A stretch of DNA of 60,064 nt from Chloroflexota bacterium (lineage in GTDB: Bacteria; Chloroflexota; Dehalococcoidia; Dehalococcoidales; SURF-40): positions 1 to 60,064 of the forward strand of contig JAZDKE010000011.1 in the NCBI GenBank assembly GCA_043803245.1, read 5' to 3'. Position 1 is the stretch's first letter; every line of letters starts with the position of its first letter. Positions 1 to 8,206 of this stretch are shown here, piece by piece. The translations under genes and the position numbers were made by a program. The notes beneath the pieces were generated by a model. It saw nothing but the letters and a program-made list of their open reading frames with translations. It was not told the DNA's origin and made no database searches.

Positions 1-1299
1 ACCGTCAAGGAGCGTAACGTCAGATTCCTGAGGCTCTGGTTTACCGACATCCTGGGTATGTTAAAGAGCTTCGCCATCACCCGTGAAGAGCTGGAAGGGG
101 CTTTAGAAGAAGGCATGGGCTTTGACGGCTCTTCCATCGAGGGTTTTGCCCGCATCGATGAAAGCGACATGGTAGCCCGGCCGGACCCGCAGACTTTCCA
201 GTTACTATCCTGGAGGCCGAGGGAAGAGTTCGCGGTCGCCCGGATGTTCTGCGATATTTTACGACCCGGCGGCGAGCCTTTCGAGGGTGACCCGAGGTTC
301 GTTCTCAAGAGAAACTTAAAAAAGGCCAAGGACCTGGGCTATACCTATTACGTCGGCCCGGAGCTGGAGTATTTCTACTTCAAAGACGACAAAGGCACCG
401 AGGTGCTGGACAGAAGCGGTTATTTTGACATGACACCGATGGATACCGCCAAGTCACCGAGGAAAGAGACGGTGCTCGCCCTGGAGGACATGGGCATCGG
501 CGTGGAATACTCCCACCACGAAGTCGCCTTCAGCCAGCATGAGATTGATATGAGATACACCGACGCCCTGACCATGGCGGACAACGTGATGACCTACCGG
601 CTGCTGGTCAAGGAGATTGCCCGGGCTAACGGTATCTACGCCACCTTTATGCCCAAGCCGATCTTCGGGCAGAACGGCAGCGGCATGCACGTCCACCAGT
701 CGCTCGTCAAAGAAGACCGCAACGCCTTTTTCGACCCGAAGGACAAATACCATCTCTCCAAGCTGGCCAAGAGCTACATCGCCGGGCTGCTGAAACACGC
801 TCCCGAAATCACGGCCATCACCAGCCAGTGGGTCAACTCCTACAAACGCCTGGTGCCCGGCTACGAAGCACCGGTCTACATATCCTGGGCGCGGCGCAAC
901 CGCTCCGACCTCATCCGCGTCCCCGAGTACCGACCGGGCAAAGAAAAGGCCACCCGCATCGAGTACCGCTCGCCCGACCCGGCCTGCAACCCCTACCTGG
1001 TCTTCAGCGTGATGCTGGCCGCCGGCTTAGAAGGCATCGAGCAAGGTCTTGAGCCGCCAACGCCGGTCGAGGAGAACGTCTACGAAATGAGCGAGGAAGA
1101 AAGAAAAGCCCGGGGCATCGGTACCCTGCCGGCCAGCCTGCAGGAAGCCGTTCTGCTCGCGGAAAAGAGCCCGCTGGTGCGCCAGGCACTGGGCGAGCAC
1201 GTCTTCAACGCTTTCATCGAAAATAAGAAAATCGAGTGGGACCAGTACCGGGTGCAGGTAACCGAATACGAGATTAACAAGTACCTCCCCATCCTTTAG
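1..1299 (+). CDS. glnA: glutamine synthetase type I, 5' end cut by window edge
   Basis: Frame 1 is open from base 1 (TVKERNVRFLRLWFTDILG) and continuous with ORF 58..1299. GS motifs in translation: FDGSSIEGF, GPELEYFYF, NGSGMHVHQS, NPYL. Confidence 0.9.
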   Translation, partial: TVKERNVRFLRLWFTDILGMLKSFAITREELEGALEEGMGFDGSSIEGFARIDESDMVARPDPQTFQLLSWRPREEFAVARMFCDILRPGGEPFEGDPRFVLKRNLKKAKDLGYTYYVGPELEYFYFKDDKGTEVLDRSGYFDMTPMDTAKSPRKETVLALEDMGIGVEYSHHEVAFSQHEIDMRYTDALTMADNVMTYRLLVKEIARANGIYATFMPKPIFGQNGSGMHVHQSLVKEDRNAFFDPKDKYHLSKLAKSYIAGLLKHAPEITAITSQWVNSYKRLVPGYEAPVYISWARRNRSDLIRVPEYRPGKEKATRIEYRSPDPACNPYLVFSVMLAAGLEGIEQGLEPPTPVEENVYEMSEEERKARGIGTLPASLQEAVLLAEKSPLVRQALGEHVFNAFIENKKIEWDQYRVQVTEYEINKYLPIL

Positions 1300-1320
1300 G
1301 GGAGACCAAACGCCGGTAAA

Positions 1321-1354
1321 AGTGGCGACCTTAACGGCCGCCACTTCCGTTTTT
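1321..1354 (+). terminator. Rho-independent terminator after glnA
   Basis: AGTGGCGACC / GGCCGCCACT stem (9 of 10 bp), loop TTAAC, followed by TCCGTTTTT. Confidence 0.55.
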
Positions 1355-1365
1355 AACGGGCTAGC

Positions 1366-1374
1366 TGCTATAAT
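1366..1374 (+). promoter_or_regulatory. extended -10 element TGCTATAAT upstream of the NrpR-like gene
   Basis: Exact TGnTATAAT about 34 nt before ATG 1408. No convincing -35. Confidence 0.4.
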
Positions 1375-1407
1375 CAATGACATCCGCCAGTTTTGGAGGG
1401 AGCGAGC

Positions 1408-2424
1408 ATGGTACAGGCCGCCGGCGCCGATACCGAGCGAAAAATCATTGCCATCCTGAAGGTCTTAAGTGAATCTTCGGAGCCACTGGGGTCAATCACC
1501 ATCGCCCGCGAGCTGGAACGCCACGGCATCTCTCTAAGCGAGCGGGCCATCCGCTACCACCTCCGAATAACCGACGAGCGGGGCTATACCCAGCCGATGG
1601 GGCGTGACGGCCGGATGCTGACGCCACCGGGCATCGATGAACTCAAGATGGCGCTGGCCCCGGAACAGCTCCACTTCATCAACGAAAAGCTGGAACTCCT
1701 GGCCTTCCAGACCACCTTCGACCCGGTCAAACGCTCCGGCCTTTTGCCCATCAACACCTCGCTCATTGACCGCAAGCTTTTCCCGGGAGCTTTAGATGCC
1801 ATGAGCGAGGCCTTTAACGCCGGCATCTGCGTAAGCCAGCTGGTGGCCACCGCCCGGGAAGGCGAAAAGCTGGGTTCGGTGGTGGTGCCCGCGGGTAAAA
1901 TCGGCCTGGCCACGGTCTGCAGCGCCGTCATCAACGGCTTTTTGCTCAAATGCGGGGTGCCCGTTGAGTCACGCTTCGGCGGTGTCCTCGAAATCAGGGA
2001 CCGCCAGCCCCGGCGGTTTGTGGCGGTCATCAGCTACGACGGCACCTCGGTTGACCCGTCCGAGCAGTTCATCCGGGCGCGCATGACCAGCGTTACGGAA
2101 ATCGCGCGAAGCGGTAGCGGCAAGATGCTGGCCAACTTCCGGGAACTGCCGGCCCCGGCCCGGGCATCCGTCGTGGAGAAAACGGCTTTGCTCAAGGAAG
2201 CCGGCATCAATGGCGTCTATGTCCTGGGGAATACCAGCGAGCCTATCTGCCAGCTCGCGGTAGGCTTAAACCGCATCGGCATGGCATTAGTCGGGGGTTT
2301 GAATCCCCTGGCAGCGGTCTTTGAGCAGGGCATCACCGTGGACAACATCGCCGAAAGCGGCCTGATTGAGTACCAGCAGCTGGTGAATTTCCGCGAACTA
2401 CTTAAGACACATAAAGAAAAGTAA
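1408..2424 (+). CDS. nrpR: NrpR-like nitrogen regulatory repressor (wHTH plus single DUF128/NrpR domain)
   Basis: ATG 1408 lies 7 nt after GGAGGG; the ORF-track TTG 1393 overlaps the SD. N-terminal wHTH (KIIAILKVLSESSEPLGSITIARELERHGISLSERAIRYHL) then GYTQPMGRDGRMLTPPGIDEL, typical of the NrpR family. Directly downstream of glnA. Confidence 0.65.
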   Translation: MVQAAGADTERKIIAILKVLSESSEPLGSITIARELERHGISLSERAIRYHLRITDERGYTQPMGRDGRMLTPPGIDELKMALAPEQLHFINEKLELLAFQTTFDPVKRSGLLPINTSLIDRKLFPGALDAMSEAFNAGICVSQLVATAREGEKLGSVVVPAGKIGLATVCSAVINGFLLKCGVPVESRFGGVLEIRDRQPRRFVAVISYDGTSVDPSEQFIRARMTSVTEIARSGSGKMLANFRELPAPARASVVEKTALLKEAGINGVYVLGNTSEPICQLAVGLNRIGMALVGGLNPLAAVFEQGITVDNIAESGLIEYQQLVNFRELLKTHKEK

Positions 2425-2513
2425 CCCTCCCACCTGGAGACGGGTTACCTTTCTACGCATTATTCAATTGTCTGGGCAACCGTTTGCGGGCTGCCCCTGG
2501 CCGCTATCCCCGG

Positions 2514-2654
2514 CTAACCCTTACCGATGCGGAACATCTTGGTGCCGCAGACGGGGCAGACCCCCTGGGTGGCAGGTTTACCGTTTTTCATCGTGATCTG
2601 CCTGGGGGTTTTCACCTCTCTCTTGGTGCGGCATTTGACACAATAGGCCTGCAT
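2514..2654 (-). CDS. small zinc-ribbon protein, DUF5679-like (46 aa), absent from ORF track
   Basis: Minus-strand ATG 2654 preceded by GGAGGG. Translation MQAYCVKCRTKREVKTPRQITMKNGKPATQGVCPVCGTKMFRIGKG has CxxC...CxxC. Stop TAG at 2514-2516. 141 nt in frame. Confidence 0.6.
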   Translation of the reverse strand: MQAYCVKCRTKREVKTPRQITMKNGKPATQGVCPVCGTKMFRIGKG

Positions 2655-2715
2655 GAAGCTCCCTCCTTATTAGGTTGTGCCTGAAACATACAACACCTGA
2701 ACGTAGTTGTCAATA

Positions 2716-2735
2716 GGTAAAATGGCCATTTTACC
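2716..2735. promoter_or_regulatory. perfect 20-bp palindrome GGTAAAATGG/CCATTTTACC in divergent intergenic region (candidate operator)
   Basis: Read directly; 10+10 nt with no mismatch. Lies between the DUF5679 gene (-) and selD (+). Confidence 0.4.
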
Positions 2736-2829
2736 GCTCAGGGCAAAATATTCTGGCCGCCCCAATCGGAGAGCCAGCCGGTTGCTATTTGGCCGCCGGA
2801 AAGCTAAACTGTTGGCGGGAGGGAGAGAC

Positions 2830-3873
2830 ATGCTCGAGAAAAAACGCCTCACCGAGACCGTCCACGGCGCGGGTTGAGCCTGTAAAATCGGTCCGGGAGA
2901 CCTTAACCAGGTGCTGGCCTCGCTACCGCTCATCAGCGACCCGAATCTCATCATCGGGCTGGAGCGGGCGGAGGATGCTGGCGTTTACCGCCTGAGCGAT
3001 GACCTGGCACTCATACATACGGTTGATTTCTTCACCCCCATCGTAGATGAGCCGTACCAGTTCGGCCAGATTGCCGCGGCCAACGCCCTGAGCGATGTCT
3101 ACGCCAAAGGAGGCCGCCCCCTCACCGCCCTGAACATCGTCTGCTTCCCGACTAAAACCCTCGACCTCGCGATTCTTAAAGAGACCCTGCTCGGCGGGCT
3201 GGACAAGCTGCGTGAGGCGGGCGTGCTACTGGTAGGCGGGCACAGCATCGACGACCCGGAGATGAAATACGGCATGGCGGTTTGCGGCACCATTCACCCC
3301 AGGAAGGTTGTGCAAAACAACCGTGCCCGTCCCGGCGACCATCTCATCCTGACCAAAGCCATTGGCACCGGCATCATCAGCACCGCCATCAAGCGGGGCA
3401 CCGCCAGCAAAGAGGCCATTACCCAAGCCGTTAAGTCTATGTCCACATTAAACCGGCGGGCCAGTGAGCTGATGATGGCTCAAGGGGTAAGCGCCGCCAC
3501 CGACGTCACCGGCTTCGGGCTGCTGGGCCACGCTGCGGAGATGGTGGACGGCACCGGCGTGGGCCTGGTCATCCGGGCTGCCGAGGTGCCTCTCCTGCCC
3601 GGGGCCACAGAACTTGCCCGGAAGGGATTTATTCCCGGCGGCCTGGGGCGCAACCGGGAATACCGCCGCAGTATGGTTAGCTTCGGCAGAGGTGTCCCTG
3701 AACATTTAAGAGACCTGCTCTTCGACCCCCAGACCTCGGGCGGGCTGCTCATCGCCCTTGCGCCGGAAAAAGCGGCGGCGCTGCTCAAAAACCTTAAGCG
3801 AGAGGGCGTCCAAGAAGCGGCCATCATCGGCGAGGTCGTGGCCGAACACGGTGGCCGGATTACCATCGAGTAG
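2830..3873 (+). CDS. selD: selenide, water dikinase SelD with in-frame UGA (Sec) at 2875-2877
   Basis: ATG 2830 after GGGAGGGAGAG. Same frame as ORF 2911..3873. Reads MLEKKRLTETVHGAG-TGA-ACKIGPGDL, so TGA falls at the catalytic Cys/Sec position of the SelD N-terminal glycine-rich loop. The rest is AIR-synthase-like SelD (DDAGVY, VDFFTPIVDEPYQFGQIAAANALSDVYAKGG). Confidence 0.85.
2878..2912 (+). other. candidate bacterial SECIS hairpin downstream of selD UGA
   Basis: CCUG(2879-2882)/CAGG(2908-2911) lower stem and GGUC(2890-2893)/GACC(2899-2902) upper stem, with apical loop CGGGA about 17 nt after UGA. Confidence 0.4.
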
Positions 3874-3877
3874 CTTC

Positions 3878-4468
3878 TTACCTGACCAGTAACCCCTGCT
3901 GCACCATCTCGAAAAAGGCATCCGCGATTGCCTCATAGGCGAGGCGGCCCGAGGGCCGGTACCAGAACAGGAGTGAATTACAAAGCCCGATGATGGCCAG
4001 CGAGGTGAGGCGGATATCAACCGGGTGGTAAATGCCCCGGCTAACCGCCTCGCGCAGCGTCCCGGCAAGCAACTTGTTACGCCGGTCGATGATGCGGTTC
4101 ACCGCTGCCATATCCAGCGAGGCCAGGACATGCCGCTCGGTCAAAAACAGGGTGCCCGCCTCACGGAAATCGGCGTTGAAGCGCACGTGCTCCCGGATAA
4201 TCTCCCCCAGCCGCTGCTCGGGGGGCAGGTCGGCGTTCTCCACCCTCACCAGGCCCTCGTTCAGGGAATTGACCGCCTCGGAGATAATGTCGGCGAGCAG
4301 CCGCTCTTTGCTGGAGATGTAATAATAGAGGCTGCCTTTGAGCATGCCCGCTTCCCGGGCAATATCCTGGAGAGTCGTCCCGTGATAGGTACGGTCACAG
4401 AACATCCGGGCGGCAATCTTGAGTATCTGCTCTTTCTTCGAACCGCTGCCCTCAGTTGTTTCGGCCAT
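3878..4468 (-). CDS. TetR/AcrR family transcriptional regulator
   Basis: N-terminal HTH KEQILKIAARMFCDRTYHGTTLQDIAREAGMLKGSLYYYISSKE. Divergent from the SDR/oxidoreductase cluster. Confidence 0.85.
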   Translation of the reverse strand: MAETTEGSGSKKEQILKIAARMFCDRTYHGTTLQDIAREAGMLKGSLYYYISSKERLLADIISEAVNSLNEGLVRVENADLPPEQRLGEIIREHVRFNADFREAGTLFLTERHVLASLDMAAVNRIIDRRNKLLAGTLREAVSRGIYHPVDIRLTSLAIIGLCNSLLFWYRPSGRLAYEAIADAFFEMVQQGLLVR

Positions 4469-4555
4469 GGCTTACCTCCGGGGAGAACCGACACCCCCTT
4501 CGATTTTTACCTGAATTTTCCCTTCACCGGCGACTGTCGCCGCATTAAACCTGCC

Positions 4556-4607
4556 TTGACAAGGACGGCGGCATGCTTTAGCATTATAGCAAACAAACGC
4601 TAGTTTG
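4556..4607 (+). promoter_or_regulatory. putative sigma70 promoter (TTGACA-17-TAGCAT) plus palindrome CAAAC-GCTA-GTTTG (candidate TetR operator)
   Basis: TTGACA 4556-4561, TAGCAT 4579-4584, inverted repeat 4594-4607. Located in the tetR/SDR divergent region. Confidence 0.3.
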
Positions 4608-4658
4608 GCTAACTTCAGAAATTTACTTTCAAAATACCCGGAAAGGAGGACGGCGAAA

Positions 4659-5426
4659 ATGAGGTTGAAGGACAAGGTAGCCATCGTGACCGGTGGGGGC
4701 CAGGGCATCGGCCAGGCCATCTCCATGGGACTGGCCGCCGAAGGTGCCGCGGTGGTCATCGGGCAGCGGCACGGCGAGCGGGCGGAAGCGGTCGCCAAAG
4801 AAATCATCGCTAAGGGCGGGAAAGCGGTCGGCACCAAGCTGGACATCTCGAGCCAGTCGCCATGCGACGCCATCGTCAAGCTCGCCAAGGACAACTTCGG
4901 CGGGCTGGACATCCTGGTCAACAACGCCGCCCTCTACGGCGACATCGACTTCAAACGCTGGAGCGACTGGACGGAAGAAGAGTGGGCCAACAGCTTCAAT
5001 ATCAACGTCGTCGGCGGCTGGCGCATGACCAAGGCGGCGGTGCCCATGATACGGGAACGGGGCCGGGGTAAAATCGTCAACATCAGCTCGGCCACAGTGC
5101 ACCAGGGCTTCCATGGCCTGCTCCCCTACACCAGCTCCAAGGCAGCGGTCATCTCCAACACCCGGGGACTGGCCATGGCGCTGGGGCGCTACAATATCAC
5201 CGTGAACTGCCTGGCCATCGGCTACGTAGCCACCGAGGCCAGCCTGAAAATGGCCAGCTATTCCGAGGCAGGCGAAAAAACCTTGATTAACATGCGGGCC
5301 ATCAAGCGAAGGCAGATGGCGGAAGACCAGGTGGGCACCGTCCTCTACTTCGCCACCGAGGAATCGGACTTCGTCACCGGCCAGTGTGTCTGCGTTGACG
5401 GCGGTACCGAATTCACCGGGATGTAA
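4659..5426 (+). CDS. short-chain dehydrogenase/reductase (FabG-like SDR)
   Basis: ATG 4659 after GGAAAGGAGG. TGGGQGIGQA Rossmann motif, NNAA, SSxxxxxxxxxxYxxSK catalytic pattern. Confidence 0.85.
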   Translation: MRLKDKVAIVTGGGQGIGQAISMGLAAEGAAVVIGQRHGERAEAVAKEIIAKGGKAVGTKLDISSQSPCDAIVKLAKDNFGGLDILVNNAALYGDIDFKRWSDWTEEEWANSFNINVVGGWRMTKAAVPMIRERGRGKIVNISSATVHQGFHGLLPYTSSKAAVISNTRGLAMALGRYNITVNCLAIGYVATEASLKMASYSEAGEKTLINMRAIKRRQMAEDQVGTVLYFATEESDFVTGQCVCVDGGTEFTGM

Positions 5427-5455
5427 TCCGAAAATCCAGATACGGGAGGCATAAC

Positions 5456-6889
5456 GTGGCGCTGAAAGAGGATTTGAGTGCCATCCTGGGGGCTGATTAC
5501 GTCGCCGACGACCAAAAGACGCTGGAACGGTACGCCGGGGACTGGAGCCTGGTACAACCGAGGCGGCCGGACCTGGTTGCCCGGGCGGGCTCTACCGAAG
5601 AGGTGCAGCAGGTCGTAAAATACGCCAACGATAGAGGCATCCCGGTCACCCCCCGCTCCTCGGGGGTCGGCTACTACGGCGCGGGCATACCCGACCAGGG
5701 CGGGATTATCGTTGACCTTAGCCGCATGAACAAAATCCGGCAGATTGACCCGAGGAACAAGAAAGTCAAGGTCGAGGCGGGAGTAACCTGGGCGCAAGTC
5801 CAGGAAGCGCTGGCTAAAGAGGGCATGATGGTCTCGAGTCCCCTCTTGCCGCACCCGGCCAAATCGGTGGTCACCAGCCTCCTGGAAAGGGAGCCCATCC
5901 TCATCCCCAAGACGGAATACAGCGACCAGGTGGCAAGCCAGGAGCTGGTGCTGGCCAGCGGTGAGCTTTTCTGGACGGGCACGGCGCTGGGCAAGGCCAT
6001 GAAAGACCAGTGTTTCCCCGACGCTTTTGTGCCCGGCGCCCGGCTCTGGCAGGGGGCCCAGGGCACGCTGGGCATCACCACCTGGGCCAACTTAAAAGCC
6101 GAGTTCCTACCGGTAAAGGATAAGACCTTTTTCATCGCCTTCGACCGCCTGGAAGATTTAATCGAACCGCTCTACCGCATCGAGCGGCGCATGCTCGGCT
6201 ACGAATGCTTCGCCTTAAACCGTCTCAACCTGGCGGCCATCCTGGCCGGGGGTATTGGCGGGGAGTTCGACAAGCTTAAAGCCAAACTTGCGCCCTGGAC
6301 GGTCATTCTCATACTCTCAAGCCTGGACTTCCTGCCCGACGAGAAAATCGCCTACGAAGAAGAGGCTTTGGCGGAGATAGCCTCGGAGCTGAAATTCAAA
6401 CCGGCCCGGACCTTAGCCGGTATCACCAAACTCGACGCCAAACTACCAAAGATGCTGCGCCAGCCCTGGCCTGCCGAAACCTACTGGAAACATCGCCACA
6501 CCGGCGCTTCGAGCGACATCTTTTTCCACACCACCCTGGGCCGCGCTGCCGAGTTCGAGGAGGCCATTGGCGCGGTCGCCGCCAAACACGGCGTTGACGC
6601 CGGTGATATCGGGGGCTACCTGCAGCCTCTGGACCGCGCGCGTGCCGGCTTCCTCCAGTTCGGTCTGCACTATCACCCGGAAAACAAGGCCGGGGTGAGC
6701 CGGGCAAGGGAACTTCACCTGGCGGCGAGCCAAGCCGTGGCGAAGATGGGCGGCTTCTTCACCACCCCCTACGGGCCCTGGGCCGACCTGGTCTATTCCC
6801 ACGCCACGGGCTATACCACCACCCTGAAAATAGTGAAAGACGCTTACGACCCCAGGCACACCTTAAACCCCGGCAAACTGTGTTTCTAA
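5456..6889 (+). CDS. FAD-binding oxidoreductase, GlcD/D-lactate dehydrogenase-like (cassette 1, subunit A)
   Basis: GTG start after GGGAGG. FAD_binding_4-like N-terminus (PVTPRSSGVGYYGAG). C-terminal FAD-linked oxidase ending DPRHTLNPGKLCF. Confidence 0.85.
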   Translation: MALKEDLSAILGADYVADDQKTLERYAGDWSLVQPRRPDLVARAGSTEEVQQVVKYANDRGIPVTPRSSGVGYYGAGIPDQGGIIVDLSRMNKIRQIDPRNKKVKVEAGVTWAQVQEALAKEGMMVSSPLLPHPAKSVVTSLLEREPILIPKTEYSDQVASQELVLASGELFWTGTALGKAMKDQCFPDAFVPGARLWQGAQGTLGITTWANLKAEFLPVKDKTFFIAFDRLEDLIEPLYRIERRMLGYECFALNRLNLAAILAGGIGGEFDKLKAKLAPWTVILILSSLDFLPDEKIAYEEEALAEIASELKFKPARTLAGITKLDAKLPKMLRQPWPAETYWKHRHTGASSDIFFHTTLGRAAEFEEAIGAVAAKHGVDAGDIGGYLQPLDRARAGFLQFGLHYHPENKAGVSRARELHLAASQAVAKMGGFFTTPYGPWADLVYSHATGYTTTLKIVKDAYDPRHTLNPGKLCF

Positions 6890-6898
6890 GGAGACGAG

Positions 6899-8206
6899 AT
6901 GAGCGCCGAAGAAAAAAAACTCTCCCTGCCCACCGACGATTTTAATAAGAAGTGGTACTGGGACTTCCGCAAGAACGCCTGGTACTGCTTAAGATGTAAC
7001 AACTGCAAGTGGATTGACAACTGGGAGGTCAAGGACGCCCGATTCGCGCGCATCTGCCCCTCAAACGCCTATTACCTTTTCGACACCTACGCCGCCCAGG
7101 GACGGATGGACGTGAGCCTGGGGCTGATTGACGGCGACCTAAAATACGAAGACGACCCTGAAATTTTAGACATTCTCTATGCCTGCAACACCTGCGGCGG
7201 CTGCGACGTCATGTGCAAGGGCGTCCACGACATGAGCCCCATCAACGTTATCCTGGAAATGCGCGCCAAGATGGTGGGGGACGGCCAGCTGCTGCCCCAG
7301 TATATGCCCATCCTGGAAAGCCTGAGGAAAGAGGACAACGCCATGATGGGCCGCAAGGCCGACCGGGGCAGGTGGGCCGAGGGACTGGGCATCAAGAACC
7401 TGGCCGAGCAGAGCGCCGAGGTGGCTTTCTTCGTGGGCTGCCGCTTCAGCTTTGACGAGGAGCTCTGGAAAGTCCCCCGGACGGTGGCCGAAATCATGAG
7501 AGATGCCGGGGTGGACTTCGGCATCATGGGCAAAGACGAAAACTGCTGCGGCGCCCGCCCCGCCCAGATGGGCTACCAGGGCGAGTTCACCAAGTATGCC
7601 GAGAACAACATTGACGCCTGGAAGAACGCCGGCGTTAAGACCGTGGTCACCGCCTGCTCCGACGGCTACTACGCTATGAAACGGCTCTACCCTGAGGTCG
7701 GCTCGAAGGTGGAGGTGCTGCACATGGTCGAGTTCCTTGCCCGCCTCATCGCCCAGGGCAAAATCAAGCTCGACCGGAAGCTCCCCATGCGGGTCACCTA
7801 CCACGACCCCTGCCACCTGGGACGCCGCCTTTCGCAGGCAATCAGCGTCTTCAACCCCGCCGAGCGCTCGATGGGCATTTACGAGACGCCCCGGGACATC
7901 ATCAAGGCCATCCCCGGCGTGGAGCTGGTGGAAATGTTCCGCAACCGCGAGTGCGCCTGGTGCTGCGGCGCCGGCGGCGGCGTCATTGACACCTACCCCG
8001 ATTTCAACCGCTACACCGCCGGCCAGCGCATCCTGGAGGCAAAGGAAACCGGGGCCGAGGCCATCGTCACCGCCTGCCCCTGGTGCGAGCGGAGCCTGGG
8101 GGACGCCATTACGGAAATGGGCGAGAAGATAAAAGTGATTGACATCGTGGAACTGGTGGACAGCGCCCGGCAACGAGGAGGAAAGACAAATGCCCTACGG
8201 CGATGA
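6899..8206 (+). CDS. (Fe-S)-binding protein with two CCG cysteine-rich domains, GlcF/GlpC/HdrD-like (cassette 1)
   Basis: CLRCNNCK and CNTCGGCDVMCK cluster motifs. CCG-type motifs FVGC, ENCCGA, HDPCHLGR, CAWCCGAGGG, TACPWCE. Confidence 0.85.
   Translation: MSAEEKKLSLPTDDFNKKWYWDFRKNAWYCLRCNNCKWIDNWEVKDARFARICPSNAYYLFDTYAAQGRMDVSLGLIDGDLKYEDDPEILDILYACNTCGGCDVMCKGVHDMSPINVILEMRAKMVGDGQLLPQYMPILESLRKEDNAMMGRKADRGRWAEGLGIKNLAEQSAEVAFFVGCRFSFDEELWKVPRTVAEIMRDAGVDFGIMGKDENCCGARPAQMGYQGEFTKYAENNIDAWKNAGVKTVVTACSDGYYAMKRLYPEVGSKVEVLHMVEFLARLIAQGKIKLDRKLPMRVTYHDPCHLGRRLSQAISVFNPAERSMGIYETPRDIIKAIPGVELVEMFRNRECAWCCGAGGGVIDTYPDFNRYTAGQRILEAKETGAEAIVTACPWCERSLGDAITEMGEKIKVIDIVELVDSARQRGGKTNALRR

Noticed and set aside
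2484-2684. 66-aa + strand ORF
   Set aside because: It is the shadow of the minus-strand DUF5679 zinc-ribbon gene (2514..2654), which has an SD and a recognisable CxxC...CxxC protein.
7166-8173. 335-aa minus-strand ORF. The same class includes 9103..10140, 14844..15785, 16177..17418, 20434..21288, 23482..24366, 38634..39332 and 54517..55470.
   Set aside because: All lie antisense to genes with clear family motifs. All have low-complexity Gly/Ala/Arg/Pro composition and no SD/start context.
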